From: a virus
IMG/VR virus record: IMGVR_UViG_3300038620_000126
Location: 46,247-110,246 of that record
Length of the DNA stretch: 64,000 nucleotides
Direction: 5' to 3' (one strand)
Position 1 is the first letter of the stretch; each line of letters starts with the position of its first letter. Below the pieces are notes generated by a model. The model did not search any database. It was given only the letters and a program-made list of their open reading frames with translations, and was not told the origin of the DNA. The position numbers and the translations under genes were made by a program. Positions 39,105 to 49,123 of this stretch are shown here, one piece after another.

Positions 39105-39844
39105 TTACTAGTAAAGTTCATAATTTCTAAATTAATTTCATCTTCTGATATTTCGTACTTATCATCTACTTCAATAACTTTATTACCCATTTTTTCAAAC
39201 ATAGAGTTTATTGTATTCCCTCCTCCAAAAGATATTACATTAGGAGAAGAAACTATAAGATAGTGCCATTCAGTATGGGTATCCACTAAATATTGAATTT
39301 TTTCACGGTTAATGTTAATAGAATCACCATATTCTTCAACCACGTCATATATTTCTATATTATAATCTTCTGCATATTCTTTACACACTTTAACTTGTTC
39401 ACACATCTTATCGTAACTTTGCATATGATTAACTCTAGCGTATATTATGCATTTATTAGCTGTAGATTTTCCGGTTTGGTTATGGTTAAAATCATCAAAT
39501 GCTTTTTCAAAATTAACTTTTGCAAGTGCAAGTTTAGCTCCATCACATCTTATATACATATCATTTAATTTTCCTTTATTGAAATCGTGTTTTACTTTAT
39601 CATATGTAAAGTTACCATATTGCGCATAAACACTGATTGGCAAATAAAGTAATAAATCACCATTTTCTCTACTTGCATTGTATATGTTATAAAAGTCTAC
39701 ATACGCTGGTATATGTCTATAATTTTTATATTCTTTTGATGGTATTTTATTACGTTGACACCAACTATTAACAGTTGATGGTTTTTTGTTATTAAAGCGG
39801 GCGTACAATATGGGTCTAATATAAACTAGTTTTGTTGTGTCCAT
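39095..39844 (-). CDS. HTH plus degenerate serine-recombinase (IS607 TnpA-like) protein
   Basis: CIIYARVN...Q...C.EYA...DVVEEYG...NRE..QYL resolvase-like fold with catalytic Ser replaced by Asn. Confidence 0.6.
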   Translation of the reverse strand: MDTTKLVYIRPILYARFNNKKPSTVNSWCQRNKIPSKEYKNYRHIPAYVDFYNIYNASRENGDLLLYLPISVYAQYGNFTYDKVKHDFNKGKLNDMYIRCDGAKLALAKVNFEKAFDDFNHNQTGKSTANKCIIYARVNHMQSYDKMCEQVKVCKEYAEDYNIEIYDVVEEYGDSININREKIQYLVDTHTEWHYLIVSSPNVISFGGGNTINSMFEKMGNKVIEVDDKYEISEDEINLEIMNFTSNCF

Positions 39845-39875
39845 AATTTTTGGATACTAATTAATTGATATAAAA

Positions 39876-40340
39876 TTATGTTACTTGAAAAGCGGTTACA
39901 CCATTTTTAGTGTACATATTAATAATATCTGGATTATCATCAAATGCAATAATGTTGTAATAAGTTGAACAATCAAAACAACTATGAAGCCATTTTTCTT
40001 TTAGATCGGCTGATCTGGATAAATCGCTGTTTGGTCTCATGTACAAATTTTCATCGTTAATAGCTAAAATACCTTGGTTCATAAACCAATCATGAGTAAG
40101 GCTTCTTGCATCGTTTGATCGTCCAGTAAAATAGTATACGTTATTTAATTTATTTTGTGCTAACATGCAAACAAGAATTTGCCAGTACAAATTAAACATG
40201 GGATATTTTGGGTTGTCTTTAATACATTCTAAATTAAACTTATTCCATTCTTTTGAACGTTTATTTAAATACTTTTGTTCACGCCATGATGCATCTGAAA
40301 GTGTACTATCAATATCAAAAATGTAAATAGGCGACTTCAT
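39876..40340 (-). CDS. HAD-family phosphatase (PseT 3'-phosphatase-like)
   Basis: FDIDSTL, FTGR, LYMRP..D....K, AFDD motifs. Confidence 0.85.
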   Translation of the reverse strand: MKSPIYIFDIDSTLSDASWREQKYLNKRSKEWNKFNLECIKDNPKYPMFNLYWQILVCMLAQNKLNNVYYFTGRSNDARSLTHDWFMNQGILAINDENLYMRPNSDLSRSADLKEKWLHSCFDCSTYYNIIAFDDNPDIINMYTKNGVTAFQVT

Positions 40341-40356
40341 TAGTTTTTTATATTTA

Positions 40357-41085
40357 TTAACTTGAATCTTTTATAGATTGGGACAAAGAAGATGTTACTT
40401 TTTTACTGTTCAAATCTTTCAGTTTATAATATGATATCTCTTTTTTAATTTCTTTAACAATAGAATTAATAGATTTATGAAAAGTAAAACTTATATTATA
40501 AAAAAAATCGTTTAATAATTTTGCAAACAACTTTGATATATAATAACTTTGCAAATCCATACTTATAGTGTTGTAAATGACATAACCAGATTCAAGACCA
40601 CTAAAAACAAGTGGATTATTGGTGTTGATAACTTCGCGACTTTCAGATATGGCGCTAACTAATTTGACACTTTCAATAAAACGTGAAAAGTTTTGATTTG
40701 TATTTTGTAACTTATTAACAGACTTTTCACAATTAATAAAGTAATCAAAATCTTTTTTATAATTATTCTTAAATAAATCTAATTTTTTTGTATCTGCACG
40801 TTTAGTAAATCTATCTACTATAATTAAACTGTTAGGAACAAGAACACCAAAGTTAATAACCAAGTTGTTATCAACTTGATTAAGTGAAATCTTTTCAAAA
40901 ATAAATGTTTCATAACACCTTTTTCTTGAAGATGGAGGTCGAAATGTAAATGAATAGTTTGGATCGACATTGTTTTGCGTCTGTATAAATAGATAGCTAT
41001 CTAGCCTAAGACTCACTTTTTTAAAAAATTTAATAAGATACTTTAAGTATTCAATATCGGTTTCAGGAGAATATGAATGCATCAC
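40357..41085 (-). CDS. hypothetical protein, tandem family member A
   Basis: YLKYLIKFF...RCYE...YKKDF...NQNFSRFIES. Confidence 0.7.
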   Translation of the reverse strand: MMHSYSPETDIEYLKYLIKFFKKVSLRLDSYLFIQTQNNVDPNYSFTFRPPSSRKRCYETFIFEKISLNQVDNNLVINFGVLVPNSLIIVDRFTKRADTKKLDLFKNNYKKDFDYFINCEKSVNKLQNTNQNFSRFIESVKLVSAISESREVINTNNPLVFSGLESGYVIYNTISMDLQSYYISKLFAKLLNDFFYNISFTFHKSINSIVKEIKKEISYYKLKDLNSKKVTSSLSQSIKDSS

Positions 41086-41777
41086 TCTTGTTCTTTTTTA
41101 GTTTTTTTCAATTTATAGTACAGTAGTTCACTTTTAACCTCTTTGACAAATAAATCTAAAGTTTTGTAAGACTTCAAATATGAAGTAATTTTAAAATAAT
41201 TGTTATTACTTTCTTTTAGTAATAAATCATCTTCTATTAGGGACTTAAACAAATAAGAAATTGATGAACTTTGCAGGTTAAAAACTAATGTGGTAGACAC
41301 ATAATAACCATATTCTCTTTTAAAATAAGTTCTGTTTTTTGTTTGTAAAATTTCTTTTACTTGATCTGAAACAACAACAACTGGAGTTGCGCTTTCAATA
41401 AAAGATAAAAAGTTTTGGTTTTTGGCTTCTGGTTTATTAGTTGTCTTTTGATGTTTAACAAAATTCTTAAAATCTTCTTTATACTTATTTGAAAGAAACT
41501 CAAGTTTAGTGTTATCCTTGATCGCCACATCAAAAGCGATAAAAAGAAGTTTATTAAATGTGCTTATCGAAAATTCAGTAGGTTTCCAACACTCGGAATA
41601 ACATCTTCTTTTGTTCACTGTTCCAAACGTATAAGAATATACTGGTATACTTTGAATTAAACTTGGATATTCCGGTTCCATTCTGTTAATTACTGCATTA
41701 AAGAATTTAACAAGACCTTTTAGATATACAGTATCAATTTCAGGAGCATTACTTTTACTGTTTGTGTTAGTCATCAC
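41082..41777 (-). CDS. hypothetical protein, tandem family member B
   Basis: YLKGLVKFF...RCYSE...YKEDF...NQNFLSFIES. Confidence 0.7.
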   Translation of the reverse strand: MMTNTNSKSNAPEIDTVYLKGLVKFFNAVINRMEPEYPSLIQSIPVYSYTFGTVNKRRCYSECWKPTEFSISTFNKLLFIAFDVAIKDNTKLEFLSNKYKEDFKNFVKHQKTTNKPEAKNQNFLSFIESATPVVVVSDQVKEILQTKNRTYFKREYGYYVSTTLVFNLQSSSISYLFKSLIEDDLLLKESNNNYFKITSYLKSYKTLDLFVKEVKSELLYYKLKKTKKEQE

Positions 41778-42234
41778 CTATATCTTCAAAATATTTTTTA
41801 AATAAATACAAACCATGTGAACGTTTTGCTTCAAGGGACTTATCAAAAGTTTCAAAGTCTTCTCTAGAAAGTTCTTTTTCTTTTTGTTTGCGTAGCCTTG
41901 ACCAATAATTATCACAATCTGGATGTGGTAGAGAGCCTATTTCAAAAGCATTAATTATATCACAAAGTATTTTTCTATCGTCTGAACGAAGCCCATCAGG
42001 TATTTCACCTTTTTGAATTTTCTGTTCCCTTACTGGATCATAAATAATTGGAGCATGTGAATTATTTTCACAATAACTTAAATGATCTTTCATAACTTTT
42101 GCTGCATACATACATATGCTTTCAACTGGAAACCTTTTTTCATAAGAAGTGCGGTCATACGTTTTTCCAGTAATAAGCTTTCTAAAAAACGCTTTTATAG
42201 AATCAACTACTAAATAAAGAGTGTTGCAAAACAT
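41767..42234 (-). CDS. hypothetical protein
   Basis: Ends GLYLFKKYFEDI, a common phage C-terminal pattern. Confidence 0.65.
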   Translation of the reverse strand: MFCNTLYLVVDSIKAFFRKLITGKTYDRTSYEKRFPVESICMYAAKVMKDHLSYCENNSHAPIIYDPVREQKIQKGEIPDGLRSDDRKILCDIINAFEIGSLPHPDCDNYWSRLRKQKEKELSREDFETFDKSLEAKRSHGLYLFKKYFEDIGDD

Positions 42235-42267
42235 AAAAATTATTGGTTTAGTTTTTTATAATAGATT

Positions 42268-42921
42268 TTATACTAAAACTTTATGTAACTTATGAGAAGA
42301 TCTTTTGACTCTTTCTTTTTTCACGTAATTTACCGTTTTAAAGAGCCTACTTTTTGTAATAAAATTGTTAAGATCAAGATATTCATCTGATAAAAATTCT
42401 TTACAAATTGATGCAGTAACCACGTCACTAAGAGCTAATGTAAACACTAAATAAAACTCTGTAGCTTTGCTTTTATTAAGATATTGATAATCTAAGTAAG
42501 AATTATTAAGAAGATGCAAATAATTTGAAGTTTTGTTTATGTTATTATCCTTATCACGTTTTTCCAGCAGATAACGCAAAAAACTATCAAAATCAGATTT
42601 ATAACGCTTTTTTATGTGCATTAAAACAGAACTGTTTCTCATCCAATCCAAGTTTACATAAATCTTTATAACCAAACTGCTACCAATTGAGTTAACAGAA
42701 ACAACCTTTGCTTTTTCATTTTGTAACAGGGAATAAGTTTTTTGTAAATGTTTTTCAGTGGTTTTAAGAAATTCTGAATCAGTTTTAAATACAAAATTTC
42801 TTAATAAACGCTTATCAACAAATCCCAAATGATTTGTTGTTCTAGCTAAAAACATCTTAAAAAAGCGAATTAGCTCTTTTAAGTAATTTTCATATTCTGA
42901 AGTCTTAGTTAATTTATCCAT
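42268..42921 (-). CDS. hypothetical protein, tandem family member C
   Basis: YLKELIRFF...YKSDFDSF. Confidence 0.65.
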   Translation of the reverse strand: MDKLTKTSEYENYLKELIRFFKMFLARTTNHLGFVDKRLLRNFVFKTDSEFLKTTEKHLQKTYSLLQNEKAKVVSVNSIGSSLVIKIYVNLDWMRNSSVLMHIKKRYKSDFDSFLRYLLEKRDKDNNINKTSNYLHLLNNSYLDYQYLNKSKATEFYLVFTLALSDVVTASICKEFLSDEYLDLNNFITKSRLFKTVNYVKKERVKRSSHKLHKVLV

Positions 42922-42929
42922 AATTTTAT

Positions 42930-44450
42930 CTAACTTTTATCGTTAAGCATTTTTTCCAATTTTTGAATTTCATTTTCTATCTCACCAGCACCACGCTTAT
43001 AACTATAACGCTTATCAAAGAGTTTACCAACAAAGTTTGAAAGGGTTGAATTATTTTCCTTGCTGAAAACAGCGCCGCCTGTGTACTGACTATTATTATT
43101 TAAAACTTTTTCTGAATTATCATTTTCTAAAAATGCAGTTAATAAATGTTTTTCAGGATTAAATTCTTCCCAATTACCAGTTTGTTCATTATAAAATTCA
43201 GTTGAATCTGGAGTTTCTAATTTTCCCAAGTAGGTGTCAACGCCTATATTGTACTGCAACATTATGGATGGATACATAGATGTAAAATCCATTGAAAATA
43301 TATTGTGTCGGATACCTAACTTAGGTTCCTTAACGTATGCACCACCATAACCCGCACTTACATCTTCTTTCTTCTTATTGGGGTCTTTTAAGAGTATTCG
43401 TTTTTGTTGATAATACTCTGAAAACAATAGTCTTTCAGCTATATAATTAGAGCTAAATGTTTGAAGTTGTGGTACTTTACTGGCATTTGTAAGAGATAAG
43501 AATGTTGAAAATGTGTTTAATTTTTCATCAATCATTTCAACAAAACAAGCATCAATGGCATTATAAAATATATACCATTTATAATCTTTTTCATACAATT
43601 CTGGAAGCGTACCAGAATATTTAACCTTGTTTATACCGAGAGCTGCGTTTGCTACCCAATCAAGCGAACCAGATTCTTTAACTTTAATCTTTTTATCCCA
43701 CTTTTGATAAACCTCCATATAGTCAAAAACTAAACGGTGGTTAGGTTGCTTACGCCAACCATGCCATGTGTTCGTTGGGCTTGCCTCTGATGCCAAATCT
43801 ATATCAAACTTTTTACAACGATTTACTAAATACTGCCAATCAAACTCTACAAAATTCCAACCAGTAAGACAGGGCATCTTTTTCACAAATTTATGTGTGA
43901 ACGCATAAAGCATGTTTTTCTCGTTTTCAAAATAAAGATACTTTAACTTCCATTCTTTATTTATACCAGCACTATTGTTGTTAATATGTTCATTTATGTT
44001 TTTCTGTATATCACTTATTTCATCTTCGTTCAATGGTTTTAAACCTAAAACAAAAATATGACCTTTTTGATTACATAATGCTATTGTTGTAACTGGCTGT
44101 TCCGCTTTTTCAGCATGTGGAAACCCTTCATCGCTAACACCAACCTCAATATCCACAAAATACATTTTAGGATAATTCATCGCATATATAGCTTCTTTAT
44201 CCTGATCTGATAAATTTTCAAGAAATTCAAACAAACGAAATTTGGAAAATGTTTGTTTAACCTCACGTTTTTTAACAGGTCTTCCATCCCATGATAAGTA
44301 TCCTTTAATCCTATTTTTATCATTTTGAGATGCATAAGCCCAATCATACTGTTCATTTGGGCTTAAAGTATATGAAAGTAAACGATTGTTACCATCACTA
44401 TCAAAATAAGATATATGCACTTTGTTACCATTATGTTCTATATCTAACAT
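42930..44450 (-). CDS. polB: family B DNA polymerase, N-terminal subunit (exonuclease + motif A)
   Basis: ExoI DIE, ExoII GWN...FDW.YL, ExoIII YNAID, YGGAYVKEP, motif A DFTSMYPSI. Stops after KR..YK; no KxxxNSxYG or YxDTDS. Confidence 0.9.
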   Translation of the reverse strand: MLDIEHNGNKVHISYFDSDGNNRLLSYTLSPNEQYDWAYASQNDKNRIKGYLSWDGRPVKKREVKQTFSKFRLFEFLENLSDQDKEAIYAMNYPKMYFVDIEVGVSDEGFPHAEKAEQPVTTIALCNQKGHIFVLGLKPLNEDEISDIQKNINEHINNNSAGINKEWKLKYLYFENEKNMLYAFTHKFVKKMPCLTGWNFVEFDWQYLVNRCKKFDIDLASEASPTNTWHGWRKQPNHRLVFDYMEVYQKWDKKIKVKESGSLDWVANAALGINKVKYSGTLPELYEKDYKWYIFYNAIDACFVEMIDEKLNTFSTFLSLTNASKVPQLQTFSSNYIAERLLFSEYYQQKRILLKDPNKKKEDVSAGYGGAYVKEPKLGIRHNIFSMDFTSMYPSIMLQYNIGVDTYLGKLETPDSTEFYNEQTGNWEEFNPEKHLLTAFLENDNSEKVLNNNSQYTGGAVFSKENNSTLSNFVGKLFDKRYSYKRGAGEIENEIQKLEKMLNDKS

Positions 44451-44477
44451 ATAAATTTTATTTGTAAATTAAAAAAA

Positions 44478-44912
44478 TTATTTGTCATTGTTAATGAACA
44501 TAATATCTAAGGTATTGCATACAGGATCATCGGAATCACCATAATCTAAAGAACCTCTTATCTTACTAACTGTATTTTCATACTCGTTTCTTGGTATATT
44601 GTTTAGCAAATACTTAAACATTAAAATTGGACTGTTAAATCTTACTTCTGTTAATTCTGCTGGAACACCACCGTCATCACCAGATTCGAGATAAGGAACT
44701 TCACACAAACTAACATACCATGAACTACTCCCATATTGACATTCTGGGTCTTCTTTAATAACTATATGAAAAGACTTTTGACCAGCATCACTGAAAATAA
44801 TCCAATACCCCCTTTCAAAAAAACTTTCGGTTTTTAGGGTGATATTGGACAAGTATGATTCAATTGATGATGCTAATCGTCTAAAAACTTTTTGATTTAC
44901 TGTTTCAGCCAT
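44478..44912 (-). CDS. hypothetical protein
   Basis: Operon member. Confidence 0.65.
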   Translation of the reverse strand: MAETVNQKVFRRLASSIESYLSNITLKTESFFERGYWIIFSDAGQKSFHIVIKEDPECQYGSSSWYVSLCEVPYLESGDDGGVPAELTEVRFNSPILMFKYLLNNIPRNEYENTVSKIRGSLDYGDSDDPVCNTLDIMFINNDK

Positions 44913-44925
44913 AGTTTGTTATTTT

Positions 44926-46071
44926 TTAGAATCCAATATATGTATCGTTATCTATAACGTTGCTTTCTACTTCATTATTAAAAATTTCAGAAAGATAAGC
45001 ATCTCGGTTTAATTTTCCTTTACCAATACTATCACAAATTTCATTAACATTTTGTTTTGGTAATTTAGAAAATTTATGTCTAAACATTAGCCTACCGGGC
45101 CTCAAAAGAGCTTCATCTATTAAATTAAGATCTTGATTGAATGTAATTACAATTCTGCACTTAATAGCATCATTTAGAATGCCATCTGTAAGCTGCAGTA
45201 AATTATCTACCGCATCTGAATCTGGATTATGACTTCTCGATTTAATAGCATTATCGGCTTCTTCAATGAGCAAAACGGAATCCGTATTATTAGACAAAAT
45301 AGATATTAATTCTGGATCAGCAAGAGACTTACTAAACTTTGATGGAATAAAAATTATATTATTAACCTCATGTTGAAGGTCTTGAGCTATTTTTCGAAGC
45401 AAATAAGTTTTGCCAGTTCCAGGATTACCGTGAAATATGTATATTCCACTTTGCGTGGTTTTTAAGTTATTAACAACCCCATTATACTTTTCGGTAAAGT
45501 TTTTTCCGTAGTACAAATCCAAATCTGGAATATGTACTTTTTGTATTTTCATGTTATCTAAATCTAGACCATTATTAGATGTTTTTAGAAACATTATATC
45601 TGCACCATTAGAGTCATACGTTTGCACCACGTTCTCTAATATAAAGTTATCTAAAAGTTCAACTACATCATTAAATACATCCTGAGTTGCCATGATTTTT
45701 AACTCCCTAACAACCGAATCTTTTTGATTTTCAACATCGTTGCTTTTAATTTTGTAAACTGTTCTTTTTTCTGTACCGTAAATAAACGTAAAATAAAAAG
45801 AATCAAAGTAATGTTCTTCTACTACATCATGCACAAGTGCATCTTTTTTAAAAAATGCATCTATATCAGATCTAGAAAGTTCATAATTGTATTTACTTTT
45901 AAGCTCTTCAATAAAGTTTAAAATATCTGAATAAGCAAAATGATTATAAATCCTATAATAATAGGGGTTGTAACCGTAACTTTCAAAAAAGCTTAAAACA
46001 TCATTTTTGAAAGTGTGTTCATTATATTGACCAACAACTTGCTTCTGTTTGGGATTGCTTATGTTATTCAT
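44926..46071 (-). CDS. AAA+ ATPase
   Basis: Walker A GNPGTGKT, Walker B VLLIEEAD, SRH DEALLRPGRL, C-terminal IGF. Confidence 0.9.
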   Translation of the reverse strand: MNNISNPKQKQVVGQYNEHTFKNDVLSFFESYGYNPYYYRIYNHFAYSDILNFIEELKSKYNYELSRSDIDAFFKKDALVHDVVEEHYFDSFYFTFIYGTEKRTVYKIKSNDVENQKDSVVRELKIMATQDVFNDVVELLDNFILENVVQTYDSNGADIMFLKTSNNGLDLDNMKIQKVHIPDLDLYYGKNFTEKYNGVVNNLKTTQSGIYIFHGNPGTGKTYLLRKIAQDLQHEVNNIIFIPSKFSKSLADPELISILSNNTDSVLLIEEADNAIKSRSHNPDSDAVDNLLQLTDGILNDAIKCRIVITFNQDLNLIDEALLRPGRLMFRHKFSKLPKQNVNEICDSIGKGKLNRDAYLSEIFNNEVESNVIDNDTYIGF

Positions 46072-46423
46072 TGTTTTCCTCCTCTTGATTAGTTTCTTTA
46101 GTATTGTTTGTGATTACGTTCAAACCTAAGTCTCCATTTTCATCACCAAATCTTACAGTAACAAACGTTTCACTTTCTAATGTTGTTCCAACATTCCAAT
46201 GTTCTGCAAAAGTTTTTCTAATATTTTCCCGAAGGGCATTTCTTCGATCTAAACGTTCTTGAATTACTTCACCATTTTGATCTAGCGGGTATTCCATTTT
46301 CACTAAAACCCGCGCCTGATAATCTTGCTTTGGTGTATACTTATTTGATTCATTTTTTAATTTCTCAAATACAACAATATCTGCCACGTGGGGATTTGCA
46401 TTGCTTTGTTTTTCTTCTGACAT
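46064..46423 (-). CDS. hypothetical protein
   Basis: Overlaps the ATPase start. Confidence 0.7.
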   Translation of the reverse strand: MSEEKQSNANPHVADIVVFEKLKNESNKYTPKQDYQARVLVKMEYPLDQNGEVIQERLDRRNALRENIRKTFAEHWNVGTTLESETFVTVRFGDENGDLGLNVITNNTKETNQEEENNE

Positions 46424-46443
46424 AATAAATTTTGTTTTTTTGG

Positions 46444-47259
46444 TTAGTTAATTAAATTGGTTTTTGAAGGAGTGCTTTTAATTTTGAGCTTTCTAAGATA
46501 GCTAAGAAAGTCTTTTTTCTTCACTGCTATATCATGGTATGCATCCATACCATAAAATCCAAGCTTTTTGTTGTTTTCAATTGATTGTATTAAATACTTA
46601 ATACTTTCTTTATTTATTGGTATTATTTCATATACATTTACACGAAAATACGAATCGTTTTTTTCTACGTGGAAAAGAACAAAATATCTTTTATTTTTAC
46701 TATAAGAAATTTCTAACATGTAGAAAGTGCTAGATTTAGAAGAAAGAGAACTGTTTGTACCACTATAAAGTAAACAAAAGTCAAGAACTTCGTTATTATT
46801 GTAAAATGGATTAAATAGTTTATGTTCAATATTATTGTTATTAAACTCTGCAAATTTTTTAGAATTTTCTAAGTTTCTTTTTTCATCTTCAATTATATGG
46901 TAATAACTATTTATATACGATTTTGGATTAAAACTATAGTGGATTTTCAAAGAGCCATTAGTATATAACTTTGATAAAAAGTATTCGAAATCTTGTAAAT
47001 TTGACAATGATTCATACATGTTGTATGAAATGGGTTTTCTGCCTCTTTCGTTATTTGGATCTGCAATGCTTACAACATAATAAGCAACATCTTCAGGTGA
47101 TTTAAAATCAGAATCAAGTTCTGATAAAACTATATTTGGCTTTAAAGTTTTGTAAATATCGCCTATTCCAAAAGGTTTAAGATTTTTACAGTAACTGTAG
47201 TCTCTATTCAAAACATTTTTCAAGTGTTCTATGTTTTCGTCTATGTTCATAATTAACAT
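46444..47259 (-). CDS. hypothetical protein
   Basis: Operon member. Confidence 0.65.
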   Translation of the reverse strand: MLIMNIDENIEHLKNVLNRDYSYCKNLKPFGIGDIYKTLKPNIVLSELDSDFKSPEDVAYYVVSIADPNNERGRKPISYNMYESLSNLQDFEYFLSKLYTNGSLKIHYSFNPKSYINSYYHIIEDEKRNLENSKKFAEFNNNNIEHKLFNPFYNNNEVLDFCLLYSGTNSSLSSKSSTFYMLEISYSKNKRYFVLFHVEKNDSYFRVNVYEIIPINKESIKYLIQSIENNKKLGFYGMDAYHDIAVKKKDFLSYLRKLKIKSTPSKTNLIN

Positions 47260-47269
47260 TCTTTAACAA

Positions 47270-48109
47270 TTAAAAAATTGATGTAGAATCAAAACTTTTA
47301 TCTTTGGTTAATTTGTAATCAGAATGGGCTTTTTCATATATATATTGTGCTCTAGGTGAAAGCCAAATATAAACATTATCAAACATGTTATAACTCACCC
47401 AATCATATTCTTTTAACTGAGAGTAGTCTTCATCTTCATAACTAACAAGAGCAATTGACCCTTTATTGTTTAACATTGTATCTATTAACCGTTCATAGTG
47501 TCCTCCATCACGTTCTTCTTCATGCTTATATTTTCCATTATTTCTGGGTTCTATTATAAACTGCGGATTAACCCAAAATAGGGTGTAATCAGAATCATAC
47601 CCGCCTAAACAATACAGGGGTGAACGCCATTCTATTTGAACTCTCATGTAACGTTCTTGTAAAGTTTGAATATTAGTATTGGGTTTTATCCAGTTAAGAA
47701 CAACCCAAAAAGCCCACGCCCACTCTGTATTAGCTTCATCAACATCTTTATTTTCATCTTCGTAAACATTATGCCAAAGTAAGTTAGATGCTTTAGTGAA
47801 TGTATCCCAATTAATTTCAGTATTCTTTATTAATTCTTCAAGTTCTTGTTTTTCTTTGTTTCCCCAATTTTGATAACATCTTGAAAAATTTACAAGTGAG
47901 CCATCAAAGTCATTACAAACTTCCACTTTTGATGGTTCGCGATTAAACATTATACTTGAAAACAAACCAAAACATTCAGTAAAATTAAAGTCCAACTTAT
48001 TTTTATATTCATCGCGTTTGGCATAATCAAAAAAATAATCAGAAGGTATAAACTTTCCAAAATGTTCGTTAATTTTTCTTTGATTATCAAAATATATTTC
48101 TGGTTTCAT
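47270..48109 (-). CDS. degenerate Dam/D12-class adenine methyltransferase homolog
   Basis: EVCNDFDGSLVNF and YDS..TLFW recognisable; EPFxGxG is ECFGLF and DPPY is NPQF. Confidence 0.6.
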   Translation of the reverse strand: MKPEIYFDNQRKINEHFGKFIPSDYFFDYAKRDEYKNKLDFNFTECFGLFSSIMFNREPSKVEVCNDFDGSLVNFSRCYQNWGNKEKQELEELIKNTEINWDTFTKASNLLWHNVYEDENKDVDEANTEWAWAFWVVLNWIKPNTNIQTLQERYMRVQIEWRSPLYCLGGYDSDYTLFWVNPQFIIEPRNNGKYKHEEERDGGHYERLIDTMLNNKGSIALVSYEDEDYSQLKEYDWVSYNMFDNVYIWLSPRAQYIYEKAHSDYKLTKDKSFDSTSIF

Positions 48110-48309
48110 AAGAATTTGTTTTTTATGTACTTTATTAATGAATTAATGAAAAAGTATGGCCAAAATAAAATTACAATAATTAAGTATGTAGCTATTACTA
48201 AAGTAGGATATGAAGCTTCCAGTTTTTTACGGACATCCTTTGATATAAAAAACACTATAATCGATGTATATATTATACCAATTAATAAGTAAATTTTTAT
48301 GTATATCAT
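48106..48309 (-). CDS. small membrane protein (2 TM)
   Basis: Y..IG...I.FWP pattern; ATGA-type overlap with the next gene. Confidence 0.65.
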   Translation of the reverse strand: MIYIKIYLLIGIIYTSIIVFFISKDVRKKLEASYPTLVIATYLIIVILFWPYFFINSLIKYIKNKFL

Positions 48310-48328
48310 AATTGTAGCATCTGTTATA

Positions 48329-49102
48329 CTAAAAAATTTGATTTGTGGCTGAACCTTGTTTTGTTGATTTTATTCTTTCCTCGGCAATGTTACAATATTC
48401 TTGAGCCATATCTATACCGATCCAATCCCTTCCTAATAGTTTTGCAGCTACTCCAGTTGTTCCTGAACCAAAAAACGGGTCTAATACGACACCTTCCTTA
48501 GTAGAATCAATGCATCTATAGGGCAATTCAACGGGGAAGGGGGCAGGATGATTATTGCTTCTTTCTTGTGAAAGTTTCCAAATATCAGTTAACTTATTTG
48601 CTCCCCTTTTCAGCTTAAAATCCTTTTTTGCAATCATGTAAATAACTTCATAGACTGGTAAGAAATAGCTGTTATTGAAATTAATTCCCCCATTTCTATG
48701 CCATATTATTATTTGTCGTAAAGGGAAGCCATCAATTATTTCCCTTCGATCTTGTAATAGACCATCTTGAACCCTCCATTTGTGGTTATAGAAGATTACC
48801 CCATCATCTCTTAAAACCCTCATCATTGAATTTAAGCAGTCACGTTGCCACTGGACATACTCATCATAAGGCATGTTATCATCGTAGTTTGAATAACCGT
48901 TAGTTAACTTAGGATTAATCCAACGTCCTTTATTTGAGTTTTTCCAAAAATTTCCACTAGAATTTTTAATATTATAAGGTGGTGATGTTACAATTACACT
49001 GATTGATTGTTCAGGTAATTGATTATCCATAAAATTAACACAATCTGAACAATGTACTTTGTTTATAAGACTAGAATTTACAAATTCTTTACTTTTACCC
49101 AT
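48329..49102 (-). CDS. DNA methyltransferase, beta class (N4-C/N6-A)
   Basis: TSPPY catalytic motif, HPAPFP, VLDPFFGSGTTG SAM-binding motif. Confidence 0.92.
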   Translation of the reverse strand: MGKSKEFVNSSLINKVHCSDCVNFMDNQLPEQSISVIVTSPPYNIKNSSGNFWKNSNKGRWINPKLTNGYSNYDDNMPYDEYVQWQRDCLNSMMRVLRDDGVIFYNHKWRVQDGLLQDRREIIDGFPLRQIIIWHRNGGINFNNSYFLPVYEVIYMIAKKDFKLKRGANKLTDIWKLSQERSNNHPAPFPVELPYRCIDSTKEGVVLDPFFGSGTTGVAAKLLGRDWIGIDMAQEYCNIAEERIKSTKQGSATNQIF

Positions 49103-49123
49103 AATAACTTATATACTTAAACA

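Noticed and set aside
39095-39844. Active IS607 transposon
   Set aside because: Catalytic Ser is absent, with no tnpB or recognisable ends
42268-42929. Intron or intein carrying the rest of the DNA polymerase
   Set aside because: The next gene starts 9 nt after the stop and belongs to the unrelated tandem family; no polymerase motif B/C downstream
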